A stretch of 63,788 nt of DNA, the filler included, from Peribolospora baueri (Eukaryota), in NCBI GenBank assembly GCA_029717555.1. It is 5 parts of 5 records of this genome, joined end to end, with 100 filler letters (N's around TTAATTAATTAA, not from the genome) between each part and the next. Parts side by side here need not be neighbours in the genome. Positions count along the whole stretch, not along the records: positions 1 to 14,852 come from JAMDHS010000165.1; positions 14,953 to 28,667 come from JAMDHS010000167.1; 3 more parts are not named here. The stretch is one strand, 5' to 3'. Position 1 is the stretch's first letter. Each line of letters opens with the position of its first letter. Shown one piece after another: positions 14,001 through 28,143 of the stretch. The translations under genes were made by a program, and so were the position numbers. A model generated the notes under the pieces. It did not search any database and was not told where the DNA came from. It saw nothing but the letters and a program-made list of their open reading frames with translations.

Positions 14001-14366
14001 ACGGACGGGTTGCCGTCGACCGTGTCCGAGCATGAAAGTAGAAGGAGAAGGGCCTCTCCAAAGCCAATGACGGCTGAGGCAGCGGAGGAAATGGAGGGGG
14101 AGGACGGCGAGGCAGCGCTCGGTCCGCGGACGACGTCATCGTCGTCATCGTGGGGCGCATCCTCGTCACAGGTGCTCACTCCGCGCGCCGCTCGGCAAAA
14201 TGCCTTGTCCGACCCGTCCAAGCTGGCCATGGGAGGGCTCTCTATCTCGCCTCCCCTCCGCGGGTCCGTGGACGATGGCGGCGGCAAGGCTAGGAGACCG
14301 TCCCCGTCGCTGTCGCCGTCGCCGTCGCCGTCGCCGTCGCCATCTCCATCCCCGTCGTCTCAATGA
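11091..14366 (+). CDS. Homeodomain transcription factor, ~1009 aa; exons 11091-11900, 12057-12146, 12237-14366
   Basis: GT-AG introns join KKKRTRQLMTPTQSRVLHDLLAQ / TKFPSTAVREQVAKELGLSPRKVQVFFQNK / RQKARKK into a complete homeodomain. The rest is Pro/Ser-rich and likely disordered. Confidence 0.9.
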
Positions 14367-14852
14367 CGTCCGTCACGAGTGACAAACAGCCGAGTCGGCG
14401 GGTCGCCCGCCATTCGAATCAGTTGCCCGTTCGGGCGAGGTGGCGGTTGGGTGAAGTTAGGTGGGTCGTTGGCTCGGTTGTTGGCGCCGACGACCGGCGT
14501 GGCTGGACTGGTATGAATGAGGCATGCGTGCGACGTTTCGATGGCGATGAGCAATGGATCGCACGCTCACGTGAGAAAGTATCGTAGTCACGCCGCTGCT
14601 TGTGGCATCACCTCATCCCCCCCCCCACCGTCTTATTACCGAGATGCGAATCCCCCTCGCTCTCCCTTTGCTTGCTTGCTTGCTTACTCGTCGTTTCTGC
14701 TCGTTTTTTTTTTTTCGCTAGGTTAGTGTCGCTGGTCCACTTCACTTGCTGGCCACCATTCCCCCCCCCTTCCCCCCCTTTCTCCCCCCGAGCATGTGTC
14801 GTTTTTGTTTCCGAAATCTCGTTCCCCCCCCCCCCCCCCCCCCCCCCCCCCC

Positions 14853-14952
14853 NNNNNNNNNNNNNNNNNNNNNNNNNNNNNNNNNNNNNNNNNNNNTTAA
14901 TTAATTAANNNNNNNNNNNNNNNNNNNNNNNNNNNNNNNNNNNNNNNNNNNN
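14853..14952. other. Artificial contig spacer N44-TTAATTAATTAA-N44
   Basis: Exactly 100 bp with a six-frame stop linker; identical at four places. Confidence 0.99.
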
Positions 14953-15019
14953 CCCCCCCCCCCCCCCCCCCCCGGCTGCACCGGTTGCGTCAGTCTGAGC
15001 AGCGTGCAGCTTTGAAAAG

Positions 15020-17079
15020 ATGGACAGTTTGATCACCTACACCGTCAAAACGTGAGCGACCAGGGCTTTCGGAATCGCGAGTGGCGCGCTGACAACGTCG
15101 GTCTGAGCTGACTCGTCTTGTTACTTCCCTCCCCCCCCATTATGTATACGATCCTTCTGTAGCGGCGGTAACAACATTGAAGACCTGCGGGTTCAGGTGC
15201 TCGACCAGGCTGGCAAGCCGGTGTGGTACAAGGAGAGGAGACTCTATGCGAATGAGATTGTGGAGCTCTTAGTGGTCAGTCCCTACATTCATACGCGCGA
15301 GACTCATGAGTGGGCGGACAAGCTACGCTTCCAAGTTTTGGGTTTGGGGGTTGGTCTAACTGACGGTATGATGGCTGACACTCCTATCTGATGTTGACAT
15401 GCGCTTTAGGACGTGGCCTCAGGGAGGACGATGTGGACGATTCACAAACCCGTCCGAGGGTAAGCTTGATGCAAACAGGCCTTGCGTTTTGATGTGCATT
15501 GAATTGAATGAATCTGGGATTTGACCCTCTCGTTTCGTTGGCTGCCAGGTGGTATATACATCTGCGTTCGCCACTGCTTCCCCCTCGAGCGTTCATACCC
15601 CTTTCCCCTTTGCCGTCGTCCCATCCTTCCTGCTCGGCGTACGACAGTCAGCATAACCCTTTCCACTTTACCATTACCTCTTCTCTCGAGCTCAAGTTCC
15701 TACCCCCTACGACCTCAAACTCTGTGATCGTCTCCGCCGGACCGTCTTCGTCCGAACAACATGAACGGAGCCGTCAGCCACGTAGCTCCTTCGCCCGCGT
15801 TTCTCGACTCAGTAACGGACACAACCGAGGGCCGAGCGTGGCATTCGCCGAACCGTCCTCTCCACCCGCCGGGTCGCAAGAAGAAGAGGCGGGGCCGTCG
15901 GCAGTCAGCAGCGCTCGCAAAGTGAGCCCCCTTTCTCCGGACAAGAAAGCGAGGAGGCGCAGCGCCGGTGCAAGCCTTTCGAAGATCAGCATCGAAGGTT
16001 TGGACGTACCTGGCTCAGACGGATGGGTGAAGGTGTCGCCGGTGGCGGAAGAGAGCCAGCAAATGGAGCCTCTAGATGAAGTGGATATGGGAGACGGTGG
16101 ACCGGCGGAGGACGATGGCACAGCTCGACCGTCCCTTACGCACGACACCGCCAAACCATTCAAGCAATCGGCGGCTGCGCCGAAGCCTTACAACCCCGAC
16201 CAGCCCTACACCTCAAGCAGTGGCCGCCACGCTATGGGCGACAAGACCGGCCAATTGTCGAGACACCTCTCGAAGCCACCTGGCAAGCGCTCTTCTCCTA
16301 CACTTTGCTCTTTTGTCCTCGCCTCCGGCCCCACGGCCGCCCCTGCGACGGAGACGAACGACACTGCCAATCATAAGTCGTGGTTCCCCAAGACGCTTCT
16401 CCCAACCCTCGGCGCCTTTTCTCCCTCGTCCGCCGTTGGCAACTCCTTCCATCTGGACTGGACCAACGCCCCCGATTCCTCGTCCTCGTCCTCGTCTTCT
16501 TCCTTGTCCTCCCCGTCTCCGTCCTCTCCTTCTGCCTCGTCTTCCGCCCCTTCCTCCTCAGCATCCCTGACCGCACGCTCTTCAGACCCTTCCCGGTTGC
16601 CATCTGGAGCCACGCTACCCCAAAGACCGCCTGAGACCCGCTCGCCTCTCCGCGTCCTCTCCTTTGAGGACAAGACGCGCTGGCTCGAGGCCCGCACCAG
16701 CGGTGTGCTGACCATTGACCAGGCTCTCGTGAGGGCCGTCGGAATTGAGAAAGGGTTTTGGATTGCGGTGAGTTTTGCTGTCGTCCTTCTAATCACCCGC
16801 GACCAAAACCGGGTGGGAAGGGGGTTAAGGGCACGGCTCAGACAACTTCCATTGGCGGCTTGTAAGCTGACGAATAATGCTTTGACGTGCTTCGATGCCT
16901 TAGGTCGCTCTCGCCTATTTGGAATATCTGGAGGAGAAAGAGGTTAGCGCACCTGTTTGCTTATTTTTTTTCGCCGCCGACTAGTCTTGTTAAGGCCTTT
17001 CGGTAGCCTCGGCTGACCCCACCTTGCTTGCCTGTTCATCCGTTCCTGCTAGGGCTATGCCGCCGCTGCGGACGGGTAA
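15020..17079 (+). CDS. Hypothetical protein, multi-exon
   Basis: Consistent splicing: MDSLITYTVKT / GGNNIEDLRVQVLDQAGKPVWYKERRLYANEIVELLV / DVASGRTMWTIHKPVRG / WYIHLRSP...GIEKGFWIA / VALAYLEYLEERE / GYAAAADG-stop. Confidence 0.7.
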
Positions 17080-17967
17080 TGGTGCTCTTCATGGCAAGAA
17101 GGCAGGCGAAAGGGGCGAGGGAGGGAAGATTTGTCCCCGCTGGGCGGCGAGCGGTCCCTTACTCGAGGCTAGCTTCCTCGAAAAAGTCAGAGATCGGTTG
17201 CATGCAACCGATGTAGCTCCCGTCCTTACATCTCATACCTTGCACGTACGATAAACTGATACCCATCTCCTATACGAACTCGAGCGGGAGGGTCTAGTTT
17301 GGAAATGGAGACCCCGCTGCTTGATGACAAGAACTTTGCTACCTTTGAGCCAAAACATAGCAAGAGCCGGTCGTCTCCCCATCCTCAGTGATGCTGCATG
17401 GACACCGCTGGCCGGCAGTCCGCCTCGTAGCGATCCTACTTCGGACGAACGGGGACTTGCCCAGCTGCAGGGGGTCGTTTAAAACCTGCCTTCGTTTTGC
17501 GTGTGCTCTTCGGGATCGGGATGGACGGATCAGTGTCGATGGTATTGAAGTGGCTTGGCTCGCGGGGAGGAAGGATGATGGCGTGGTGAACTTTGGCTTT
17601 CTTGGCTGGTTCGAGGGCTTGCCTCCACCGTGATGAGCCCCGAATACTAGGAGTACAGGACATACTTCATGGCCAATGTCTGCAGAGACACCCACAATAC
17701 ATGAGCGCAGGACATAAAGCCTCTTCCGTTTCACTCCATCCACAAATGAATGTTTCCCATTCTGGTTCCAAGGGCGTCCATATTAGCCATATAAGCCACC
17801 TCCGTGACGGGTGCCTCGTCCACACTCTCGAGAGGCCTTCCTGGCCCCCGATGGAGGCAATCAACCAGCAGCTTACACCATCGTCGGGAGCTCTCAGATA
17901 AACAGTACAGGAGGATAAAACGATACAGACAGACAGCGAGCGAGCGACGAAAGGATCTGATAAGCAC

Positions 17968-20900
17968 TCAATCCGTATCCACATCGACCCTGAATGGTGC
18001 TGAGGAAGCGACATATGAAATCGCGGCATCGTCCACCACCCATTCGCCCAGGTCACCCCACGGACGCTTCTCGACCATGCCTCGGCTAACTGCAAAGTCT
18101 AGGATGTCAAGGAGCTCCAGTCGGTCCACTAGCATGGAAAGGCGGTGGTGCAGGTCCGCCTGCCAGAGCATATGGACGAGCAGCGTGTCGAACGATAGGG
18201 AAATGCGGAGTGAACGGCGGGTCAGAAAGAGCCCTACCGTGCACGCCGAGGGAGCTCGACCACCGCTTACCAGAGTGATACCGGGCCGGTCGACGATGGC
18301 ATACAACACAACCCGGACAAATTGAGTAAAGAGTTTTTCGTTCCTACTTCCTTGCAACGTCATCCATGTACGAGGAAAGACGTGTTCGCCGGAAGACGGC
18401 GACGACGACGACGCAACGTAACCAGACTGCTCCTTGTTGGGACGGGGAACTGGAATGGTCCAACTACGAATGTGAGTGGCATGAACGAAACGAGATTGGT
18501 CGTAGCCAAGACGATAGACCATTGGAACAGGTCGTCGAATAAGCTTGTCAATCGCGGCGTTGAGTTCGCGGGCGCACAGCGGACCCATGCCGCGCTATTT
18601 GCGACGATGAAGCCCATAATCCCGTTAGTCACTGTCATCTTTAAGGGCGAAAGGAACATCACGCTCACCTGCAGATCAGCAAGCGTCGCACCAATAGGCC
18701 CGCCCTTGGAGACCAAGTTCAGCAGCCGCTCGGAAAGCTCCTCTTCGGCATCGGGCGAGTCTCCAGTCAGACTGGTAGCGGCATGAAGCGCTCTAGGGAC
18801 GTATCGGTCGCCAGCGACAGCGTGCCGAGTAGCAGATTGGCTCGGCGTCGGTAGAACCTCGTGAATAATGATTTCGTTTTCCACCATCTCGTCGGCTATT
18901 TGCACCGAAGGAGGTCATGTCAGTGGTGCCCATAATAGTGGATTATCTCGAATGCGTGTACTTACTGGTCCATTTGGCGCTGTAGTCTGACTTGTTGTGC
19001 TTGTCCCATTTGTCCACTGTGACGCTGGTGTCGATATCCAACTGGAGCTGGGAATTAAACCAAGCGGAGGTCACAGTCAACATTCAGCTTGGAGAAGGGT
19101 CGCAAACGTTTCCTTCGAACAGAAACAGAGCACGCACCCTGTCATCGGAGAAAAGACCGATTAGAGCGGCCATCTGCCCATCGGTGGCCGTCACCTCCCA
19201 AGACAGGGGCAGCTCTCCTTGAAGCTGTTGCTCAAATGCCGGAGCATCCTTGAGGATCCTTGAGGGAGACCGTCCAGCGAGGGCTTCTTCAAACCTACGG
19301 TAGGAGAACAACTGTCGGCGACGTTCCACTTCCAACTGACAGCTACTAAACACCTACTTGTTTGAAAACTTGAACTGCCTTCCGGGTACCTCTCGGCCTT
19401 CTTTGGCGGCCGTGACAATGACCCCTTCATTTTGAAGCCAGTTAATAGCTCTGTCGATCACCTCTTCGCCGAGTGAGCCGGCCAGAGCCGATGCGATGCG
19501 CACGTCGTATCTGTTCTCGTTTGTTGCCACAATCATCTAAGAATTTGAAGAAAAAAAGACGAAACGAAAACGATAAGCGTCATCCCCTTCCATGTCGATG
19601 AGGTACGAGACAGCCAAGCCCACCTTCACTGCAGCAAGGGCCGTATTGAAAGCCGGTTCTGGTTCCGTTTTCACCGGTGCCGACGATTGACGAAAGGCGA
19701 AAGCAGAGTTAACAAGTCGCTGGTAGCGCATCAAATTCGTAGGTTCCGTCCAAACGAACTCCCAGTCCTCGTCAATGTCATAATCTTCCATCTCAACGAC
19801 CCACTCCCTTTTCCACTTGTTGACATCTCGGGGAAGCTGAACTATCGAGGTTTTTTCGTCCTCTTCCTGCAATGCTCGGGAGAGCCTAAAGCGCCAAGTG
19901 GAACGACACATTAGCCTGGGTGCGAACGTTCGGAAGTCATCGCCCTCATAACGCGCACACTCACAGGTCTTTCTTATCGACATGTCCACGCAGGAAGGCA
20001 ATGTGTTGTGCTAGGCTGCGCCTTAGGGAGGCATTGGAATCGCCATCCAGCGGTGGAAGCGCGTCACGGTGCTGGTCCGCCAACCTCGACCATTCATCTG
20101 CCAGCATGCGAGCGTAGCCCTTCTCGCCGTCGCCTCTGAGAAGCTTGCGAAAGCGCCTAAGGAGGATATCCGAAGAGTATCTCGGGAACAGTTGGACGAT
20201 TGGTCTCCACGTGAAACGTCCGCCCCGGTTTCTGCATTCCACCTCCGCGACCGCAACTGCATCCCGCAGAAGATCGTCCTGATCGTCAGTCCAAGTCGCC
20301 CGCACCCTTTTGGCGTTCTCTCGGAGGTTTGCGCCTGTCAGAGCGAAGACAAGTTTATCTGTTGAGCACGTCTGGTAGCTGTCGAAAGCGGCGAATGCGG
20401 ACTCACCGTTCCTCGCAACCACTTGGAGCACCTCCCATTCAGGTGTATCCTCGTCGATATCTTCCAAGTCGAGAGCCGGTCCGCGCACGCGCTGAGCTCG
20501 TGATGTATCGAAAACCTTGGCTTTCGGTATGCGCTTCCGTTTCGGCTTGTCCGGCCGTTTCGCCGCACGATCGATGATCCTCTTCAACACAGCGTGTATT
20601 TCGTCCGTCGGAGGCCTATCATCGCGGTTGAACCACATCTTGCGCGCGCCTTTCATGGCACCGGCAGTCGCTGGTAGATCGACAAGGTCGGGATACTTGG
20701 CGAAGAAAGACTGCTCGATTTCCTTCCACTGGCCTTCCTTCACCTCCCGAGCTCTGGCGACCTTCCGTGCGATGGTGAGCTTAGCTTCCATCCGTTTTTG
20801 GCGTTTGCGCTCAGTGGAACGTTCGACAAGGCCGGCCTTCTCCATCTGCGCTCTCTTGGCTGCGACTCTAGCTCTCCTGAGCCGCTTCTCAGCGCTGCGG

Positions 20901-23900
20901 CTCCGTTTGGTCCTCAGAGCCTCGGGATTGACGCCGATCTCGGCGGCATCCACTCGGTTGATAGACCAGTTCAGCTTCGCCGAGCGTCCGCGCAGCCGTT
21001 CAAGATAGCTCTGCCATTCACTGGAGGCCGGCGTTATATCTGGCCGATGGACGAGAGTGCGGCGTTGGTGACTACCCAAGACGGGAAAGGTAGTGACGGT
21101 CCTCTTCAGACGCCCGGCTTCGATGTGCTCATTTATGAGCCTGAACAGCGTGCGCCTGTCAAAGGCTCCGCTCGCGCGTGTGCCCGATTGTTTCTTCTCG
21201 TCTTTGCTTTGGACGTAGGACTTGATGGCTGCAACGAGAGACATACCGTCTTCGTGGATACCGCCATGGGCATTGATAGTCTCAAACAGGTCCCGCGATT
21301 TGCTGAAGTCTGCGATATTCACCGTCCCAGCTGCTTAAAGAAAAGATGCACAAGTTAAGTTTCCGCCCCGACGCTGTTAGATGAATCAGGGACGCACATT
21401 TCTTGGCGTGGAAAAGACCCTTCCGCGAAGCGGACTCCCCCTTGGAGGGAGTATGCGCAGGCGGCAAGTCTGTCGTTCGGTCCCTTGACGTATCATCCGG
21501 AGGCAGAACAGTGGGGGTGTTGGACGCGTTGGAAAACATCCCATCCAATACAACCTCAATGTCATGATCCTGACTCGTGCTATGCGGTTGGGGCGCAGTC
21601 TCGCCGGTAGAGGGGCCCGGTGACGAGTGAAGCAAGGCCTCCGATTGGCCCGGAGGGGGTGGCGAAGGCTCGGGGGGGATGGGTTCAACCTTCAGAGGAC
21701 GGTTCTGTGACACGTCATCCGGAGGCTCCCGAACAGGCTCCCCAATAGGCTCTTGAACAGGCTCCTGAACAGGCTCCCGAGCAGGCTCCGGTGGTGATAG
21801 CGCGGTTTCTGGATGCGACGGAGGAATAGTCGAGGCCTGAGGCATAGTCGAAGCCTCCACCTGGCTCGTAGTTGGAGGAGGGGTTTTGGAGGGAACGTCA
21901 AGGTCGAGCGGCTGCTTGAGGGGCTTCTTCCGCGGACGTTTGAGCATCGAGTCCGGCTTGGGAGGTCGACCTCTGCGCTTGGCCGATCTCGACGGCGTCT
22001 CGACGACCGAGTTAGGCGTGGACTGAGCAAGCTCTATTTGGTCGGAAGGACCGGCATCAAGCGTCGCAGAGGAGGGAGTGACTGGAGCGTCCTCGCCCTT
22101 AGGCCTTTTCCGAGGACGTTTGAGATCGACTGATGCCTTTCGAGGTCTCCCTCGAGGTCGACCAGTGCTCTGCTTCGAAGGCTTCTGCCTCTTTACGCCA
22201 GGATTGACAGAAGAATCGTCGGTGGTGGAAGGTGGGTGGGCGAAGTAGGCGAAAAGGCGTTGCTCGTCAGCGAAGTACTCGCCTTCCGGCCCGAGTGCCC
22301 CGAAGCCGCCGACGGCATCCGGATCTTCGATCGTAGCAGACTTGACGTCTTTCGGATTCGTCTCCACAACGCCTTCTTCCTCACACCGTTGTTGCCAATG
22401 AGGCACAGTCCAGTAGCGCACGCGTCGTTCGCGGCCGTACGTTTCCATGCGCGAGATGACACGAAGGTCAGCAAGATGACCAAGCTGAGGCTCCGCTAAT
22501 TTCCTTATGGCCTGGTCGATACTGCGGTGTGCGAAGCGGTGGCCGCTCAAGAGAGCCCGGATCTCCTGAGACGTGAGTACAGAGTTAGTGGCTTTGTCCA
22601 TCCCACGTCCAGCCGAATCGTAAAGGTGCGCTCACATTGAGAGATACGCCCCTGGTCCCCGATTCCTCGACGATGTCGAGGATCTGGCGCTCAACCGTGA
22701 GATCACGTCGCACGGTCAGAGACAGATCAACTGGAGTTGGGGACTCTGCACAATGCGAGAGAAGAGCCAGGCAGGTACATATGGCGTCAGTCACCCTGAG
22801 AGGCGACGAGAGCTCGTGCTTACCGCGAGGATCAGGCTTCTTCTCCTCTTTAAGAGTTTGTGCCTCGTTCTTGAACTCAGGATTGAGACGCAGACAAAGA
22901 ACTCTGAACTGCTTGTTCTCCTTGTCAAGGAACTCGACTCTTAGTTTTTGGATATGGCCGATTTCGACGAGCTTGCCGATGATCACAGCGTTGAACCTAC
23001 GACGATCGAGCGCACTAGGGTTGCGAATGCCCTGGAGGCCAACAAGTCGGAATTATAGAACGATGAAAAAAACGAATTGGCTGCCAAGTGACGGACTACC
23101 TGAGCGCGCGAGCAAGGAAAAAAAACTTACCACCCTGTGAATGAGGCCCTTAAATGGCACCGTATTCGACTCTGCGAGTTCAAGTAGCCGAAGAACCCGT
23201 CTCCGGATGGTGTGCTGACCGCCGACCAAATACGTCAAATACTTCTCCGGAGGTATGGGCGGATACTGGAGCAATTGAGAGCGCGCCACTGGTATATGCT
23301 CTTCCTGCGAAGCGACGGCGCTTTCCGCCTCTTCCGGTTCGACCTGATCCTCGACCTCCGCCATATTTCCTTCTTCTTCGTCCTCCTGGGCAGCTCCTTC
23401 CGTCGTTGCAAAGTCGGTGGTGGATGCAGCGGTGAAAGTCTTCCATGCTTCATTTTCGTTGACGTAACGTCTGTGGACGCAAAGGTTGGTCCATGTTTTG
23501 CGAATGGGCGCTCGGAACTTGACACTGAAGAGAGAAAAAATGTAAGGGGAATTCCTGTCAACTATACGAAAAGTAAAAGCCCAGGACACGAGGCACATAC
23601 ATGAGATCGGCACTGAGCAAGATCTTTACGAAGTAGAAGATCGTCTTTTGGTCCCACCCCGTCGACGCTCCGAGCTCTATGATGGTGATCCCTTTGCTCC
23701 GGCTACGGCAGATGGTCTCGAGGACAGCCCTGCAGTTGTCCGTGAGACGAGGTACCTGGTCCCATCGCATCGCGAAATGTGATCAGCTTTGTGGACGTCG
23801 CGCACGGACCACCAACGATAAGCAACCGACCTTGACATAAGACCCAGTCATGACGAAGTTCATCAGGTCGGGCTCCGCATATATCTTGAATCCCTCCCCT

Positions 23901-24368
23901 ACCCTGCCGGAAGCATTGCCCCCCTGGCTTTCCACATCATTCTGGTCGCTGTTGACTGCCTGGGGGCGCTCGAGGCGGATGCCAGGCTGCTGAAGAAGGT
24001 GTCGGCAGATGTATTTTACGAATGCTTGATCTGTGATTGGGGCAGCAGTGCCGGAGGCGGACGAGTGGCGAGCGAAGAAAGTGGAGATGAAGGAGTGGAT
24101 GTCTTCGGGGAAGCAGCCTGATGTTACGTATTCGAAGAGCAGTTGTCGTCAGCTGCCCCATACAGCGGCCATCTACGACGGGGAGAAAATCGTCGGAAAA
24201 TAGAATGGCGACGACAAGGGTGGAACCTCCACACCTCGAGAGGAAAAAGGGCCGACGCTCGAGACGATCGCTCCGAGTCTGGTCGCAAGTCGGAAAGGGA
24301 AATGGCTCACCTGGGCTGCCGTTCATCGCCACCTCCTCCACACAGAACTTAATCAGTTCTTCGAGCAT
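17968..24368 (-). CDS. TFC3: RNA polymerase III transcription factor TFIIIC largest (B-block-binding) subunit, Tfc3/Sfc3-like; many exons, 3' end uncertain (17968 or 17731)
   Basis: N-terminus MLEELIKFCVEEVAMNGSPG; B-block winged helix LETICRSRSKGITIIELGASTGWDQKTIFYFVKIL; LTVERQILDIVEESGTRG; WTDDQDDLLRDA; IVDRPGITL. Confidence 0.85.
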
Positions 24369-24744
24369 GGTGGGGTTTTCGCCGCTGCAGCCCGCCGGCT
24401 GCGTGCAGAGGGGCCAGTGTTGGAATTACTGCTCGGCGTGGTCGAACCCCGTCCTGCGACCCGTTGTTCACCAGCCAGAACGCCGAGGAAGCAGTGGAAA
24501 GCGGATGTGTGGCCCGGTGGACGCAAGAGCAAATGGGAGGGAGCGGTTGGACAAACGAAAACAAAAAGTCGGTGGCGATGGCGGGACGCGAACATGAGAC
24601 CGTTCACTTTACGCGCCGCAGTTCGATCACCGTCGGCGAAGGCGTTGGTCCATAGCCGGCCTCGGTCGCCTCTCGAGCTCTTCTTCGTCGTTTCCCTCCC
24701 CCTCTCCTCGTCGTCCTAGCGCCCGTCTCCGACTCGCTCCTGCC

Positions 24745-27700
24745 ATGGCGCCCGTAGCGGATATGGACGTTAGGTTGGAAGCGCAGCCATCCCCATCCAG
24801 CGCTGACCGTCCCATCTACGCGATTACCGAGCCGTCATACCCAACCTTGCCGCCGCCTCCGACCGGGTATCAGGAAACGGCCGAGTATCAGGGTCATGTT
24901 CCTCTGATTATCGACAATGGTGAGTCAGTCGCCTGCACTGATGCTGTCCCCGTGCGATCAGCGGTATCCGCACGTCCTCTTAATGGCTCGTTTACCGCTT
25001 TTGCGTGACAGGATCCTCCGAACTTCGCGCCGGTTACGCAACCGACCCATCGCCTCGCCTGGCCTATGACAACATCGTCTCGCGCTACAGGGAACGCAAG
25101 GGGAACCGTAACTTTCTGCTGATGGGGAACGACGCATACGTGGATGCGTCGGCGCGGAGCAACGTGCGGAGCCCATTCGATGGCGACGTGGTGTGCAGCA
25201 TTGACGTATTGGTGAGCTCGCCCGCTACCTGAAACCAGTCTCCGTTTGCCGGTATGCTCGCTTGTGCTTAGACGCTGGTACTAATTCATCTTACAAGGAA
25301 AACATCTTGGACTACACGTTCATTAACCTCGGCATCGACACGTCCTCCGTGGAGCATCCAATCTTGATATCGGAAACGCTGTGCAACCCCTCATACAGTC
25401 GCTCCCGTGAGTTCGTTGCTATCTCCTCCCGACAAGGGAACATTTTTCTCCTTCAATGTCTCGATCGGCTAATTGTACTTCTTTCATACTTAGTCACGTC
25501 CGAGCTACTCTTCGAATGCTACCAGGTTCCTTCCGTGGCCTACGGATTGGATTCGCTCTTCAGCTTGTATCAGAACGGGCGGAACGACGGGCTCGTCGTT
25601 AGTTCGGCGCGGGCAAGCACCCAAGTCATCCCAGTGCTTGATGGAAAGGGTCTGCTGGCGAATGCGAAACGGTGAGCATGGCCTTGTAGCTCCCTAACCC
25701 GAGGACTTGGGATGTCGCTCTGAGCCCGGTGCCACCTCTTTACTTCAGACTTCCATGGGGAGGCGCCCATGCATCCGAATTCATGCTCAAGCTTATCCAG
25801 CTCAAGTATCCGACGTTCCCCACTCGAATGACAACTGCTCAGTCAAATGTGAGCGTCGTCTTTGTGATCGTTCGTGGCTCGGAATTGCTGATATTGACAT
25901 GCATTTTTGCATCCCCTTCGCATGCGCGTTGTTCTGCAGCACTTGGTTCAGTCGTTCTGCTACGTCTCCGAGGATTACGACTCCGAGATCCGACACCTCT
26001 CGAGCGCTCAAGGCCTAGCGGAAAAGGATGTCATCGTCCAGTTCCCATTCGTGATGCCGGTGGGTAATTTTGGGTAAAAAATTTATTTTAACCAGCATAC
26101 ATTCTGACGACTGACGTGACCTCTTGCAGGAACGCGACGAGAAAACGGAAGAGGAGCTGGCACGGCAAGCAGAACGACGGAAAGAGTCTGGTCGCAGGTT
26201 GCAAGAACAGACACAACGGTTGCGGTTGGAAAAGGTATGTACTTGTGCGCTTCTCTTACGTTCGCTCTAGTACTTGGCCCTTTTTTTGCCAGTCGATCGT
26301 TCACTAAGCCAAATCCACTGTCCGGCGTGGCCGCAAAGCTTGTGCAAAAGGAGAACGACCTGCAGTATTATTTGAGTTTACGAGAGTACAAGAACCAAGA
26401 GCGAAAGGCCGACTTCTTGGTAAGGCCCCTCCCGTTTTGCGACGCCCTACCCCACTATCGGCCTCGATCCCTTAATCATTCTTGCCTCTTGCCCCTTCAT
26501 CGTTTAGAAACGGCTTGAGTCGGAAGGATTTGACAGTGAACAGGAGCTAGAGAACATCATTAAGAAAACCGAGCAACAGCTGAAAAGGGCTCGGAATCGA
26601 GACATGGGAATTGATGAGGAAGAAGAGAAGGTGAGTGTCTACATATTGGAATCATCTCGAAAGGGCAAGGCTCAAGGAGTACTCGTTGTTTTCGCCGTAC
26701 AGGAGGCGCCAACGTTCCCGCTGTTGGAGGTGCCAGATCATCAACTGAACGAAGAGGACCTCAAAGAGAAGCGCAAACAACGATTGATGAAGGCCAACTA
26801 CGATGCACGGATTCGGGCGAAAGCCGAAAAGTTGGCCGAGAAGGCCCGCGTGGTAAGTCGAGCTCGATGGCGGCAGCTTTGTTGTGGACATAACGCTAAA
26901 TTGCTTGCCACCGATACGCTTTTTCAGGAGGAGGAAAGGAGGAAGGATGAGGACCAGAGGACGAACGATCCACAATCGTGGCTCGCTCGTGTCCGCCAAC
27001 AACACGCTGCGAGTAGACGGCATGGACGAGGTTGCTGGGCGATTGAGTTCTGACCGGTCCGACGTTTGCCATTTAATCTCACTTCTGACTACTTCAGGAC
27101 GTGGTCGCGCGGGTGAAAGAGAGGAAACGCTTGAAAGAGCAGCTCTCAGATCGGAAGAGCCTTGCCGCACAGCAACGCATGAAGAACATCACTTCTTTGG
27201 CCGCGGATCAACCTGGAGCAAGGAAGCGCAAACGGGGAGGGGATGGTGAGACCTACCTCGACACGTATTGTCGAGGTTTCAGTGTTGATCCTGAGCTTTC
27301 ATTTACTTTACAGAGGATACTTTCGGTGCCAATGACGACGATTGGGCCATCTATCGCGAAATCGTGAGTGCTTCCACTTTTCAACTGATTTTCGACAACT
27401 CCAACTGATGTTCGACGTTCCATACCGCACAGCGAGGTGCGGATGACTCGGAGGATGAGGAAGAAGAAACATCCGTTTTGAAGGACGTCGAGGAAAAGCT
27501 CCTAGCTCATGACCCGACTTTCACGATGTCGTCGACGTACGACTCTCAAATGGCCGCCAAACACCGACTCACTACCGCCTTCGTGCGGGGCTCGTACCCT
27601 GCTTGGGACCCGGAGGACTTTGCACAGAGCTACCAGATCCATCTCAATGTTGAACGTATCAGGGTACCGGAGGTGCTCTTCCAGCCGAGCATAGCTGGCG

Positions 27701-28143
27701 TCGACCATGCGGGCGTTGCGGAGCTCGTTGGACACGTTCTCAAGGGCTACCAAGGCGAGGCGAGGGATAAGCTCACCAAGGTGAGGAGTCTTCGTTTGCT
27801 TGAATCGCCCTCGAGACCGTGTGCAGAACCTTTGTGCCGTATCGAGCTCCCCCGCTTACCTCCCTCCCTCTTTCTCTAACAGAACATCTTCCTCACCGGC
27901 GGACACACCTCCTACCGAAATTTCTCCTCCCGATTGTCCGCCTCCGTTCGCTCCATACTGCCCGTAGACGCACCCATCTCTGTCGTCTCCGCATCAGACG
28001 TGCGCTTCGACGCGTGGAGAGGAATGGCCAAGTGGGCGGCGCAAGAACCGGAGGCGTTCAGGACGGGAAGCGTGACGAAGGAGGAGTACGCCGAAAAGGG
28101 CTCGGAGTATTTCAAGGAGCATCGGTTCGGGAATTGGGTCTGA
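24745..28143 (+). CDS. ARP5: Actin-related protein 5 (INO80 complex), multi-exon
   Basis: PLIIDNG-SSELRAGY, RSPFDGD, ILDYTFINLG, ELLFECYQVPSVAYGLDSLFS, charged insertion with RKSLAAQQRMKNITSLA, HLNVERIRVPEVLFQPS, FDAWRGMAKWA. Confidence 0.93.

Noticed and set aside
14897..14908. TTAATTAATTAA palindrome as a biological motif (also in the other three gaps)
   Set aside because: Centred in N-runs four times; it is a synthetic six-frame stop linker
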